A DNA stretch of 64,000 nt from Thermodesulfobacteriota bacterium (GTDB taxonomy: Bacteria > Desulfobacterota_D > UBA1144 > Nemesobacterales > UBA2774). The notes under the pieces were generated by a model. The model saw nothing but the letters and a program-made list of their open reading frames with translations. It was not told where the DNA came from and ran no database searches. A program made the translations under genes and the position numbers. Below are positions 48,515 to 58,028 of the stretch, piece after piece (the stretch's first letter is position 1; each line of letters starts with the position of its first letter). The DNA lies in the NCBI GenBank assembly GCA_965216785.1, contig OZ244197.1, positions 2,336,001 to 2,400,000 on the forward strand, read 5' to 3'.

Positions 48515-49948
48515 ATGTTCCATTCGGCTCTGAAAATTCTACTCTTTATTAGCGCTTTTTTGATTCCCTGCATCCCGCTATCTCACAGTTATGAGCACGT
48601 CCTGAATGATAGCATGATGAGTATATACTCAGACGGCGAAAAAGTAGGCTACACCCGGATAGTAATAGACCAGGATGGGGGTAAAACAAGGGTAGATGAA
48701 GAAAGCGAAATAAACGTCACACTTCTAGGTAACGAGCAGACTGTTACTATAGATGCGCAATACTTTCTCGACGATTTTTTATTGCAATCTTTTGATTTTC
48801 AGATGAGCTCTGAAGCGGGTGATTTGAGCTCTTCAGGGGCTATGGAAGGAGAGGGTCTGAAAGTGAAAGTAAAATCGGTTTCAGGCGAAACAGATCTATT
48901 CCTAACGGCAAAAGAAGGACTGACAATATTCGCACTTCTACCTAAATGGCTCGCCAAGAGGCCGATGAAGGTCGGTGAAGTGTACGAAATACGCCTTTTT
49001 GAGCCATCGGCTGCAATCATGGGCGCTGATGCAGAGGACCTGATTTCAATAAATAAAGTAGAAGCCCTTGAGGTTGTAGAAACAAAGCATACCGGAGAAA
49101 TTGAAACCTTCAGGGTTGCCACTGAATTTATGGGCTCAGAATATACTTCCTGGATTACCCCGCAAGGCGAGGTCGTAAAGCAGATAATCCCCCCCGGTCT
49201 GACGGCTTACAACGAGCCAGGCGCTGAAAAAAACTCCGATCCTATGGCAACTTATGATATTACCGCAAAAACCTCAATCCCAACCGACTTGGAAATTAAA
49301 AACCCGAGGAGCCTTGAATATCTCCGCGCTCGGCTCTCCGGCCTGGACGATATGGACGAAAAGAGCATTAACGACGGCTACCGACAGCTATATGAAAACA
49401 ATGTTATCGAGATCCGCCCGCAGGACATTACGAACCCGGCGGACTATGAGCTTCCCTATAAAGCCCTTTCGCAAAGAGACTTTTTGTTGCCCACATCTCT
49501 AGTTCAAAGTGACGACGAGCAGATTAAGGCAAAGGCCCGTAAGATAGTCAAAAACGAAACCGACCCGGTGAAGGCAGCGTCTGAAATCAGCGCCTGGGTA
49601 TATAAGAACCTTAAAAAAGAAGGCACTGTAAGTCTGCCCAGCGCCCTCGACGTGCTTGAGACGAGAAAAGGGGACTGTAACGAGCATGCCGCGCTCTTTG
49701 CCGCTCTTTCCAGAGCGTCGGGTATTCCCACAAAGATTGTAATGGGTACAATATATATTGACGGTAGGTTCTACTATCACGCCTGGAACGAGGTGTTTTT
49801 GGGGCAGTGGGTAGCGGTTGACTCCACATACGGGCAAATGCCCGCGGACGCAACGCACATTAAGCTAATTGAGGGAGATTTAAAAAAAAGTGGGGAGATT
49901 ATGAAAGTAGTGGGTAAAATTAAGATTAAGATCCTGGACGCATCCTGA
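48515..49948 (+). CDS. Exported transglutaminase-like domain protein
   Basis: Signal peptide; GDCNEHA, HAWNE, VDST catalytic triad. Confidence 0.9.
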   Translation: MFHSALKILLFISAFLIPCIPLSHSYEHVLNDSMMSIYSDGEKVGYTRIVIDQDGGKTRVDEESEINVTLLGNEQTVTIDAQYFLDDFLLQSFDFQMSSEAGDLSSSGAMEGEGLKVKVKSVSGETDLFLTAKEGLTIFALLPKWLAKRPMKVGEVYEIRLFEPSAAIMGADAEDLISINKVEALEVVETKHTGEIETFRVATEFMGSEYTSWITPQGEVVKQIIPPGLTAYNEPGAEKNSDPMATYDITAKTSIPTDLEIKNPRSLEYLRARLSGLDDMDEKSINDGYRQLYENNVIEIRPQDITNPADYELPYKALSQRDFLLPTSLVQSDDEQIKAKARKIVKNETDPVKAASEISAWVYKNLKKEGTVSLPSALDVLETRKGDCNEHAALFAALSRASGIPTKIVMGTIYIDGRFYYHAWNEVFLGQWVAVDSTYGQMPADATHIKLIEGDLKKSGEIMKVVGKIKIKILDAS

Positions 49949-49949
49949 T

Positions 49950-51728
49950 ATGAGCCGATTAAATATTACTACAACATTCCTCTTGTTCAGTTTACTGATA
50001 GGGGGGTATTTTCTGGCCTCATGCGCTCAAAAGAGCGCTCCCGAGCCTTTTCTCGAGGGAGGCGCTATAACAGAGGAATTAGAGCCTTCGGCTCAGGCAA
50101 AGGCCTATTATCACTTCACACTTTCAAGATACAATTTCCAGAACAGAAATTTTCAGGAAGCTCTGCGGGAGCTCGAAACAGCGGAAACCTATGATCCCGA
50201 TTCTGCCTATTTAAAATACAACCTCGCCGTGATTTACATATCCGCGGGCAGGGCTGAGGAAGCGCTTGCAAAGCTCGAGCAGTCAATAGAGATTGATCCG
50301 GAGTTCTCCCCCTCCTACACCTTACTGGGTAAGGCCTATTCACTCTCTCAGAACACAAAAGACAAAGAAAAATCGCTAAAGCTTTTAAAACGCTCTGTGG
50401 AGCTGAACCCCGAGGACGCGGAATCATACCTCTTTATAGGGATCCTGCAGACCGAAGACGGGGATTACAAAGCCGCGGAGCAGAGCTTTAAGAAAATTAT
50501 AGCCCTCTATCCCGATAACGAGAAAGGGTACTATTTTTTGGCCAGAGTTTATTATGAGAGCGGCGACTATCCTCAGGCCGAGCATTATTATAAAGAAGCG
50601 CTAAAGATAAACCCCGGGTTCGTTACCGCGCTCGCCGAGCTTGCCCTCACATACGAAAAGCTCGGGAGAATAGAAGAGTCCGAGGATATATACAAAGAAG
50701 TAATTGCCCTGTTCCCGAACAGTCTGGAGTCCTATGTGCGCTACGGTAATTTCCTTTTCAGGATAAACCGGATGGACGACGCGACCGAGCAGTTTGAAAA
50801 GGCGCAGAGCCTTGACTTCAGAAACCCCGATCTCAAGCTCAGACTGGGTCTCCTGTACATCGAAAGCGGAGAATACGAAAAAGCTATAGAGGAGTTTCAG
50901 CTTATTACGCTTACCGACCCCTCGGATGAGCGCGCGAAGTACTACCTTGCCGTAGCCTACATCGAGACCGGGAATTACGAGGAGGCGCTAACGCTGCTTG
51001 AATCTATCCCCCCGGAGTCGTCTCTATATAACGAAAGCCTTGTCCAAAAAGGGTTCATATACGATAAGTCCGGGGACACCAAACAATCCCTCGCGCTCAT
51101 AGAAGACGCTTACAAGAGAAATCCTGAGAACGAAGTCATAGTCAATTATCTTGGCTCTCTTTATAGAAAGCTAGACCGGCACGAGGACGCGGTATCGCTC
51201 TATAAAGGTTATTTAAACAAGAACCCAAACAGCCAGACAATTTACTATTCCCTCGGCGTTACCTATTACTTTATGGACGAGCAGTACAAGTCCATAGACG
51301 CCATGAAAGAGCTGATTCGTATTAATCCCGAGCACGCAGACGCTCTTAACTTTGTGGGCTATACGTATGCGGAGATGGGGGAGAACCTTGATGAGGCTGA
51401 GGTGCTGATACAAAAGGCCAATGCCCTCTCGCCCAACAAAGGGTATATAATCGACAGCCTCGGCTGGGTTTACTACAAGAAGGGCCGCTACGATGAGGCA
51501 GTCGAGCTGCTGCAAAAAGCCGCTAGCCTGGAGCCCGGCGACCCGGCGATCATGGAGCACCTGGGTGACGTGTATTACGACAAGGGCGATACGTTAAAAG
51601 CGCTTGAGTATTATGAAAAGGGGATAGCGATGTTCCGTGATTATGAAGGCGAGCCCGACATGAAGCTTAAAGAGAGGCTCGAGCAGAAAATAAATACAAT
51701 AAGACAGAAAATGAGCGTCGAAAGTTAG
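49950..51728 (+). CDS. TPR-repeat lipoprotein
   Basis: LASC lipobox; many TPRs; ALNFVGY.YA, DSLGWVYY, EHLGD. Confidence 0.92.
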   Translation: MSRLNITTTFLLFSLLIGGYFLASCAQKSAPEPFLEGGAITEELEPSAQAKAYYHFTLSRYNFQNRNFQEALRELETAETYDPDSAYLKYNLAVIYISAGRAEEALAKLEQSIEIDPEFSPSYTLLGKAYSLSQNTKDKEKSLKLLKRSVELNPEDAESYLFIGILQTEDGDYKAAEQSFKKIIALYPDNEKGYYFLARVYYESGDYPQAEHYYKEALKINPGFVTALAELALTYEKLGRIEESEDIYKEVIALFPNSLESYVRYGNFLFRINRMDDATEQFEKAQSLDFRNPDLKLRLGLLYIESGEYEKAIEEFQLITLTDPSDERAKYYLAVAYIETGNYEEALTLLESIPPESSLYNESLVQKGFIYDKSGDTKQSLALIEDAYKRNPENEVIVNYLGSLYRKLDRHEDAVSLYKGYLNKNPNSQTIYYSLGVTYYFMDEQYKSIDAMKELIRINPEHADALNFVGYTYAEMGENLDEAEVLIQKANALSPNKGYIIDSLGWVYYKKGRYDEAVELLQKAASLEPGDPAIMEHLGDVYYDKGDTLKALEYYEKGIAMFRDYEGEPDMKLKERLEQKINTIRQKMSVES

Positions 51729-51731
51729 ATT

Positions 51732-52505
51732 GTGAACACTCACTTGCAAAAGATATTCCTGACGGCAGTACTTATCATCTTGACCACTTCATGCGCGCAG
51801 AAGCAAATAGAAACCGCTGTCCCGGAGGCGTCTCCACAGGAGTTGTTACAAAAAACAGCGCTGCTACAAAACTCCGTACGCTCCGTAAAGGGACTGGCCT
51901 CTGTCAGCATAAAAACCCCGGATGATAAAATCTCTTACACCCAGGTTACGCTTGCCGAGGAGCCGGACCTCCTGAGGCTCGAAGCCCTGAACCCTTTCGG
52001 TAGCACCGTGGGGTTCATATCCTCAGACAGTGAGAACATATATATCGTCTCGCAGCAGCAAAGGGGAGTTTACGATATCACAGAGGTGTTCGATCTCTCC
52101 TACGTTTACCCGGGGCTCGAGCTTGAGATCACCATCGAGCACCTGGTCGATCTCGTTACGGGACGGGTGCCAAAGGATTTGTTCGCGCGGGAAAGTGAAG
52201 TGGAGCTTAGCTCAGGGCCCGAGGGTCTAGTGCTTAACTTTAAGAACGGCGCCGGCGCTCTGGACGACAGGCTCTGGATTAACCCTTCGAACAGCAGGGT
52301 GGAGAGGGCTCAAATAATTCTTGAATCCGGGCAGGCGGCGAATATCAATTACGAATATTTCGATGGGCTTATAAACGGTCATTATTTCCCCAGGATCATC
52401 GATTTTAAAACCGGCGAGCTTGCCATAGTAATTACTTACGAGCCGGACGTTGAACTCAATCAGTCTTTGGACTACTCGCTGCTAAAGCCCTCTCCGGGGT
52501 CGTAG
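51732..52505 (+). CDS. Lipoprotein, LolB/DUF4292-like
   Basis: TTSC lipobox; PD.LRLE.L.PFG; follows the TPR gene. Confidence 0.7.
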   Translation: MNTHLQKIFLTAVLIILTTSCAQKQIETAVPEASPQELLQKTALLQNSVRSVKGLASVSIKTPDDKISYTQVTLAEEPDLLRLEALNPFGSTVGFISSDSENIYIVSQQQRGVYDITEVFDLSYVYPGLELEITIEHLVDLVTGRVPKDLFARESEVELSSGPEGLVLNFKNGAGALDDRLWINPSNSRVERAQIILESGQAANINYEYFDGLINGHYFPRIIDFKTGELAIVITYEPDVELNQSLDYSLLKPSPGS

Positions 52506-52528
52506 CGACTCGAAATTGTGATGCCGAG

Positions 52529-52556
52529 TTGATAAAAATATCTAAATATTTATAAT
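52529..52556 (+). promoter_or_regulatory. Sigma70-type promoter for ptsH-ptsI
   Basis: TTGATA-N16-TATAAT. Confidence 0.7.
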
Positions 52557-52623
52557 ACACCCGGTAAGGGGGTCTAAAGCCCGGGCGTAATGGTTGCGAC
52601 TGAGCTTAGGGGGGTTGTTGTCA

Positions 52624-52905
52624 TTGTCTCAAGTTGAAATTACCAAGGTTTTTACCGTAAAGAATAAGCTCGGGCTCCACGCCCGGGCGGCGGCCGTATT
52701 CGTCAGAGTCTCAAGTAAATACACAAGTGAAATCAGGCTCGTTAAAGACAGCTATGAAGTAAACGGTAAGAGCATCCTGGGTGTTCTGTCGCTCGCCGCC
52801 ACAAAAGGGAGTGAGATAGAGGTAACCACAAAAGGTGAAGATGCCGAGGCCGCGATTAACGGCATCGAAGAGCTCATAGAGAGCGGTTTCGGAGAGGGAG
52901 TATGA
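52624..52905 (+). CDS. ptsH: Phosphocarrier HPr (start approximate)
   Basis: GLHARAA (His15), NGKSILGV (Ser46). Confidence 0.95.
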   Translation: MSQVEITKVFTVKNKLGLHARAAAVFVRVSSKYTSEIRLVKDSYEVNGKSILGVLSLAATKGSEIEVTTKGEDAEAAINGIEELIESGFGEGV

Positions 52906-54662
52906 GGGTCCGGAGAAACGGTATAGCCATCTCTCCCGGCATTGCAGTAGGTAAAGTGGTAATCCTTGACCGCTCAAAAACCATTGTACGCCGTACAGGT
53001 ATAGATAAGGGACAGATCGACTCTGAAAAAGAGAGGTTCCTGTCCGCGGTTAAGCGCTCAAAAGAAGAGCTGCTCTCGATAAAAGATAAGCTCGATACCG
53101 ACGAGGCGGGCGAGCACCACCAGATACTTAGTTTCAATATCATGATGCTCGAGGATGACCTGCTTTCAGAAAAAGTGCTAAGGCACATAGAGTCTGAGCG
53201 CGTGAACGCCGGATGGGCCGTAAACACTGTGCTTGCCAAAAAGAGCGAGGCGTTTAAGGATGTAGAGGATATCTACATGAAAGAGCGCCTTGCGGACATT
53301 TATTATCTGGGCGAGAGGATACTCCGAAACCTCCACGGCGTTCAAGAGGACGTCCCCGATCTTGAGGAAGACTCGATAATCGTCACTCACGACATCTCTG
53401 CGCTAGACGTAGTGCTGTACGCAAAGCATAGGGCCATCGGTATTGCGACAGACATAGGAGCGCTCACGTCCCACAGCGCGATCGTCGCGAAGTCGCTCGG
53501 TCTGCCCGCCGTTATGGGTCTTGAGGATATTACGCTAAGAGCGTCCCCCGGAGACAGCATATTAATTGACGGCTTCACCGGCACCGTAATACTGGAACCC
53601 GATAAAAAAGAGTATGAGGAGTTCAAAAAGAAAAAATCCGAATATCTGGATTTAGAGAAAAAACTCCTCCAGTACGCAAAGCTCTGTGGGCGCACGCAGG
53701 ACGGAAAAGAGATAAAGGTAAACGCCAATATAGAGATCACAGAAGAGCTTAACCACGCAATGTGCTACGGGGCCGAGGGAATCGGCATGTACCGCACCGA
53801 GTTTCTCTTCGCAAACTCAGTCTATTTCCCGGACGAGGAAAAGCAGGTCAAGAACTACAAAAAAGTAGTCTCCGCGCTCAGCTCCCCCGAGGTAACCATC
53901 AGGACCCTCGACATAGGTGGCGACAAATTCCCCGCCGGCATGGAGCCCTCAAAGAGGCTGAACCCGGCCCTTGGGCTAAGGGGCATACGCTATTCCCTTC
54001 ACGATGTAGATACATTCAGCACTCAAATACGCGCTATACTTCGCTCAGCCGGAAGTACCAAGATACGCATTCTCATACCAATGGTCTCAAAGCTCTCTGA
54101 GATAATCGATACAAAGAGGATTATCTCGAGCATAGCAAGTGAGATTGGGAAAGAGGACTCCTGGGAGATAGGCGTCATGATCGAGACCCCCTCAGCCGCA
54201 ATCATTGCCTCTGACATAGCGGAAGAAGTAGACTTCCTGAGCATCGGCACGAACGACCTGATACAGTACACCCTTGCCGTGGACAGGATAAACGAGCACG
54301 TTTCATATCTATATAGCCCGTTTCACCCCGCCATATTAAAGCTCATCAAAAACGTCATCGAGGCGGGCCATGAAAAGGGCATACCGGTAAGCGTTTGCGG
54401 CGAGATGGCCTCACAGCTCTCTTGCGTTCCGCTCCTTGTGGGTATGGGGGTGGACGAGCTCAGTATGAACACGCACTCCATCCCCAAAGTGAAGAAGCTC
54501 CTTAACACTATTACAGAGAAGGACTCAAAGAGGATATTGAAACACTCTCTCGGACTCAAGACTGAGTATAAGATCAGAGAGTACGTAAGGCGCGCCATTG
54601 TAAATAGATGGGGCGAGAACTTCCCGCAGGAATTCATAATCGAGATCAAGTCCGGTGTATAA
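52902..54662 (+). CDS. ptsI: PEP-protein phosphotransferase, enzyme I
   Basis: TSHSAI, GIGMYRTEF, RTLDIGGDK, SIGTNDL.QY, CGEMA; no N-terminal GAF domain. Confidence 0.95.
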   Translation: MRVRRNGIAISPGIAVGKVVILDRSKTIVRRTGIDKGQIDSEKERFLSAVKRSKEELLSIKDKLDTDEAGEHHQILSFNIMMLEDDLLSEKVLRHIESERVNAGWAVNTVLAKKSEAFKDVEDIYMKERLADIYYLGERILRNLHGVQEDVPDLEEDSIIVTHDISALDVVLYAKHRAIGIATDIGALTSHSAIVAKSLGLPAVMGLEDITLRASPGDSILIDGFTGTVILEPDKKEYEEFKKKKSEYLDLEKKLLQYAKLCGRTQDGKEIKVNANIEITEELNHAMCYGAEGIGMYRTEFLFANSVYFPDEEKQVKNYKKVVSALSSPEVTIRTLDIGGDKFPAGMEPSKRLNPALGLRGIRYSLHDVDTFSTQIRAILRSAGSTKIRILIPMVSKLSEIIDTKRIISSIASEIGKEDSWEIGVMIETPSAAIIASDIAEEVDFLSIGTNDLIQYTLAVDRINEHVSYLYSPFHPAILKLIKNVIEAGHEKGIPVSVCGEMASQLSCVPLLVGMGVDELSMNTHSIPKVKKLLNTITEKDSKRILKHSLGLKTEYKIREYVRRAIVNRWGENFPQEFIIEIKSGV

Positions 54663-54699
54663 AATCAGCTGCCTATTTTCCCCCTACCCAAAATATTCG

Positions 54700-54728
54700 T
54701 TGATACTAACGTTCGTTTTAATTATAAT
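54700..54728 (+). promoter_or_regulatory. Near-consensus sigma70 promoter
   Basis: TTGATA-N17-TATAAT. Confidence 0.8.
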
Positions 54729-54734
54729 TTGAAG

Positions 54735-54811
54735 TAAGAGAAGCAGAAGTCTCCCTTGTTAATCAATCCTTATGTAAGGGCGGGAAGTTTAAACACTTTC
54801 CCGCCTTTTTT
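54735..54811 (+). ncRNA. Candidate small RNA of about 75 nt
   Basis: Bounded by a promoter and an intrinsic terminator; no credible ORF; contains CTCCCTT. Confidence 0.55.
54779..54811 (+). terminator. Rho-independent terminator
   Basis: GGCGGGAA..TTCCCGCC stem followed by T6. Confidence 0.88.
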
Positions 54812-54817
54812 ATTTCA

Positions 54818-55270
54818 ATATTCACTCGCGGGCGAGGGGCCTCTGCCATCGCGGGCGCCGTGGACATAGTCCTTAACCTTCAGAGCGTCACGCCCGACAC
54901 CCTGCGCCTGTCCATAGTAAAGCACCGCATACAGGGCTCGCGCCCAGATATCTACATGCGAAAAGCAGGAGACGACAAGTTTGAGGTGTGCGGGGAGGTG
55001 GGGATTGCAACAGAGCCCGGAGTAGGGATGTACCGTGTGCAGGAGAGGATTATTGAATTTCTGGACGGCGAGACAGAGCCGGTGCATAGGAAGCTGATAT
55101 TTGAGGACGTGCAGGACGAGACAGGGGCTAAACAGAGAACAATCGAGCGAGGGCTTGAGGAGCTTATGGCCCTCGGCAGGGTTACAAAGGTGAAAAGGGG
55201 TTACTACATGCTCACAGAGTTAGCGCCGCAAGCGCCAACCCTAGGGTTTGGCGGGAATGGCGGGAAGTGA
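54818..55270 (+). pseudogene. 5'-truncated RepA/AAA_25-type helicase with C-terminal wHTH-like segment
   Basis: Frame upstream of GTG 54860 reads GRGASAIAGAVDIVLNL..KHR; Walker A/B part absent. Confidence 0.7.
55214..55269 (+). repeat. Left 56-bp inverted repeat (internally palindromic)
   Basis: 50/56 match to reverse complement of 56897-56952; centred on CCCTAGGG. Confidence 0.92.
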
Positions 55271-55278
55271 GGGGGGCA

Positions 55279-55911
55279 TCATCCATCAATTAAGAAACCT
55301 GTATCACTTTCCTTTGATACCCCACTACGAATAGAGCGAAGGGCAAAGCTAGAATCTTGCATGTCATTATGAGTATTTTTTATGATGACTTTTTTGACGT
55401 CTAAATTATGGCCATGATACACTATGTAATAATAGTTTCCATCATTTAGCACATCCTTATGAAGAAGTAATGTTCCCATGCTACGTTTGCTTACCCAGTT
55501 ATTATCACCAAGATATTTATTGCTCTTGAAAAATGTAAACTCAGTATTTTTACTGTTCTTAAAAGGCTCCACCCACTTTATTTTTTTTGCAATTTTATCT
55601 TCTACATGAAGGTTTTTTAAACTGTGATGAGGAATAACAATATCTAACAATCGCCACAGACCGTCATTAATTTTTTTTGCTTTCCATCTACTGATATGTC
55701 TTTTTTCTAATGAATCTTCACTATGTATAGTAGCTTCTCTCGTAAAAGAAGTTTGACAATTTCCATCCTCATGAAGGCTTGTTTTAATCGTTCCTAAAAT
55801 GCTACGTGCCGCCACATATATATCATTATTGTGTGTCCAAACTCTCCAAACAGAAGAATTTATATCATCAGGTTTCCCCAATGCAAATCTTATTACATTA
55901 GACTTAGCCAT
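55279..55911 (-). CDS. Hypothetical protein (AT-rich cargo)
   Basis: 210-aa ORF; no family recognised. Confidence 0.75.
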   Translation of the reverse strand: MAKSNVIRFALGKPDDINSSVWRVWTHNNDIYVAARSILGTIKTSLHEDGNCQTSFTREATIHSEDSLEKRHISRWKAKKINDGLWRLLDIVIPHHSLKNLHVEDKIAKKIKWVEPFKNSKNTEFTFFKSNKYLGDNNWVSKRSMGTLLLHKDVLNDGNYYYIVYHGHNLDVKKVIIKNTHNDMQDSSFALRSIRSGVSKESDTGFLIDG

Positions 55912-55968
55912 AACCTATAATATATTTAATTTGGAGATTAGTTGGTAGTGATATTGAATCTAATTTAA

Positions 55969-56835
55969 ATGTTTTATACACTTGTTGGAATGGACGAACA
56001 AGAACAGAATAACAATCAAGATTACAGTAAAGATTTAAAGATATACCGTCTGATTGAAAAATATTTAATACCTATAGCCATTATTCTTATATTAGTAGTA
56101 TTCGTCTTCTATATAATTGTTTTCTCTGACGGACTTAGTAATGAACAAGGTCACTGGGGGTTATTCGGGGATTATTTTGGGGGAATACTAAATCCTATAC
56201 TAAGTTTTATTACAATTATAGTATTGGTTTTCACTTTAAGACTTGGCTATCAAACTCTTGTCATATCAAAGGAGGAACTAGAAAAAGCTACTGATATGCT
56301 CAAATTGGCTAAGGAAGAAATAAAACTTACTCAAGTTGCTCTAGAACAATCAAAGGAGGAAGTACAGCTTGCTAGAGAAGCTACCCAAAGACAGGTCGAG
56401 CATTTAGAGAAAGAATCTTTAAAAATTGAGATCTCTACGATTTTAAAAGAAATTGATTCGGATATACAAAGTATTTTCAATATAATCGTGGATTTTGATT
56501 CAGCTTTTAGATACGGTCATTATTTTTCTGCTACATCCACAGAAAATATATCAAAAAGGAAGAGTTACGATGAATTATCCCGGAATGATAAATTCCAAAT
56601 AAATAGACTTCACGATTTATTAGCAAATATGGATACTTATATAAATACTATAGATGATTTATTCAATAGACCACCTTTGTCATTGTACTATAAAGTGAAG
56701 TACTGTAGGACAGCAAAAAAAATACAAAGTTATGTTCCGGATGATTTTAAAAAATTTGAGATTTTAGGTAAAGAAGAATATAAAACTATGATCACGCCAT
56801 CATATTATCCAACACCCACCACCCCCACCCCCTAG
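55969..56835 (+). CDS. Two-TM coiled-coil protein resembling the N-terminus of putative abortive-infection proteins
   Basis: WGLFGDYFGGILNPILSF followed by a coiled coil; AT-rich. Confidence 0.7.
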   Translation: MFYTLVGMDEQEQNNNQDYSKDLKIYRLIEKYLIPIAIILILVVFVFYIIVFSDGLSNEQGHWGLFGDYFGGILNPILSFITIIVLVFTLRLGYQTLVISKEELEKATDMLKLAKEEIKLTQVALEQSKEEVQLAREATQRQVEHLEKESLKIEISTILKEIDSDIQSIFNIIVDFDSAFRYGHYFSATSTENISKRKSYDELSRNDKFQINRLHDLLANMDTYINTIDDLFNRPPLSLYYKVKYCRTAKKIQSYVPDDFKKFEILGKEEYKTMITPSYYPTPTTPTP

Positions 56836-56859
56836 TGTTGGCAATGGCGGCAAAGATTA

Positions 56860-57102
56860 AAAGATGAGATTCTGAGACAAGTTCAGAATGACAGACCACT
56901 TCCCGCCAATCGCGCCAAAGTATAGGGTTGGCGCTTGCGGCGCTAACTTTGTTTGTCATTCCGGCCAAGCCAGTCATTGCGAGCGTAGCGAAGCAATCTC
57001 TTGGGGGCTTGGTAGCAAATGCCGTTAGGGATTGCCGCGGTCGCTCTGCTCCCTCGCAATGACAGCAAAAGATGAGATCCCGGATCGGTGTCCGGGATGA
57101 CA
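56860..57102. repeat. Cluster of REP-like palindromes
   Basis: Units at 56860-56893 and 57068-57102; inverted pair 56973-56999 / 57028-57063 (GTCATTGCGAG..CTCGCAATGAC). Confidence 0.85.
56897..56952 (-). repeat. Right 56-bp inverted repeat
   Basis: CACTTCCCGCCAATCGCGCCAAAGTATAGGGTTGGCGCTTGCGGCGCTAACTTTGT. Confidence 0.92.
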
Positions 57103-57107
57103 AGCTC

Positions 57108-58028
57108 TCACTTATCCAGCACTTCGGGTTTTTTGCCGCGGAAGAGTACGAGGAAGATGACTCCTATGATAATCATAGCGCCTCCGAGGAGCTTTACGAG
57201 CGATGGGATCTCGTCAAAGATGTAGTACGAGAACAGGATCACAAAAATCGACTCCAGAGGGAGCACGGCTGTGGTGCGCGATACATCTATTAGCTTAATC
57301 GCCTGGAACTGACAGGCCTTTGCGATCAGCGCCCCTGAAGTACCGCCAAGAATTATGTATAGATACTCGATGGGCCGGGTGGGCAGCTCCAGCGTTCCCG
57401 TCGCCAATAGATAAACCAAGAGGAATACCGTAACTCCGAGGGTACGCATGTTGGCGACCATCAACATGTTAAGCCTTTGCGCTACTTTCTTTACAACAAA
57501 AGATATAAGAGAGTAAAAGAGCGCCGCGCCAAGAGCGGTGAAGGTGCCTATGATGAGTGAGACTTCCCTTTGGTAGGCGACAATTATCCCGCCCGCTATC
57601 GTGACCACGACCCCTACGGCCTCGCCTCGGTTAAGCCTCTCGCCGAGAAATATCATCCCGAGCATAAGGGCAAAGAGCGTCTGCGCCTTAAGAAGGAACG
57701 AAGTGAGCGGTATTCCGATCAGTCTGATCGAGATTATCCAGAGTACGGCGCCGATCGATGTAAACACTGATGTGTATAGAAATATCTTCCAGTACTTCCC
57801 GATGTTTCTTACTTCTTGCCTTTGGTCTGGCAGTAACAGCACAGTGATGAATGAGAATATAAGCGCTCCGCCGAACCAGAAAAATATGGTGGATTCGGCG
57901 TCGAAATCCCGATCGACCGCACGTCCGAACGCGTAGGAAATGGCTGTGAATAAAGCGGTCCCGATTAGGAACAGATAACCCGCTATCGGAAATTTTTTTG
58001 ACTGGTGCTTAGCTTCTTTAGCGCTCAT
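57108..58028 (-). CDS. DMT/EamA family transporter
   Basis: About 10 TM in two repeats; FLGERL and IFDE.P motifs. Confidence 0.9.
   Translation of the reverse strand: MSAKEAKHQSKKFPIAGYLFLIGTALFTAISYAFGRAVDRDFDAESTIFFWFGGALIFSFITVLLLPDQRQEVRNIGKYWKIFLYTSVFTSIGAVLWIISIRLIGIPLTSFLLKAQTLFALMLGMIFLGERLNRGEAVGVVVTIAGGIIVAYQREVSLIIGTFTALGAALFYSLISFVVKKVAQRLNMLMVANMRTLGVTVFLLVYLLATGTLELPTRPIEYLYIILGGTSGALIAKACQFQAIKLIDVSRTTAVLPLESIFVILFSYYIFDEIPSLVKLLGGAMIIIGVIFLVLFRGKKPEVLDK

Noticed and set aside
56792-57103. 103-aa minus-strand ORF
   Set aside because: Translation of REP-like palindromes (CHCEGAERPRQS, DCFATLAMT), a typical spurious ORF
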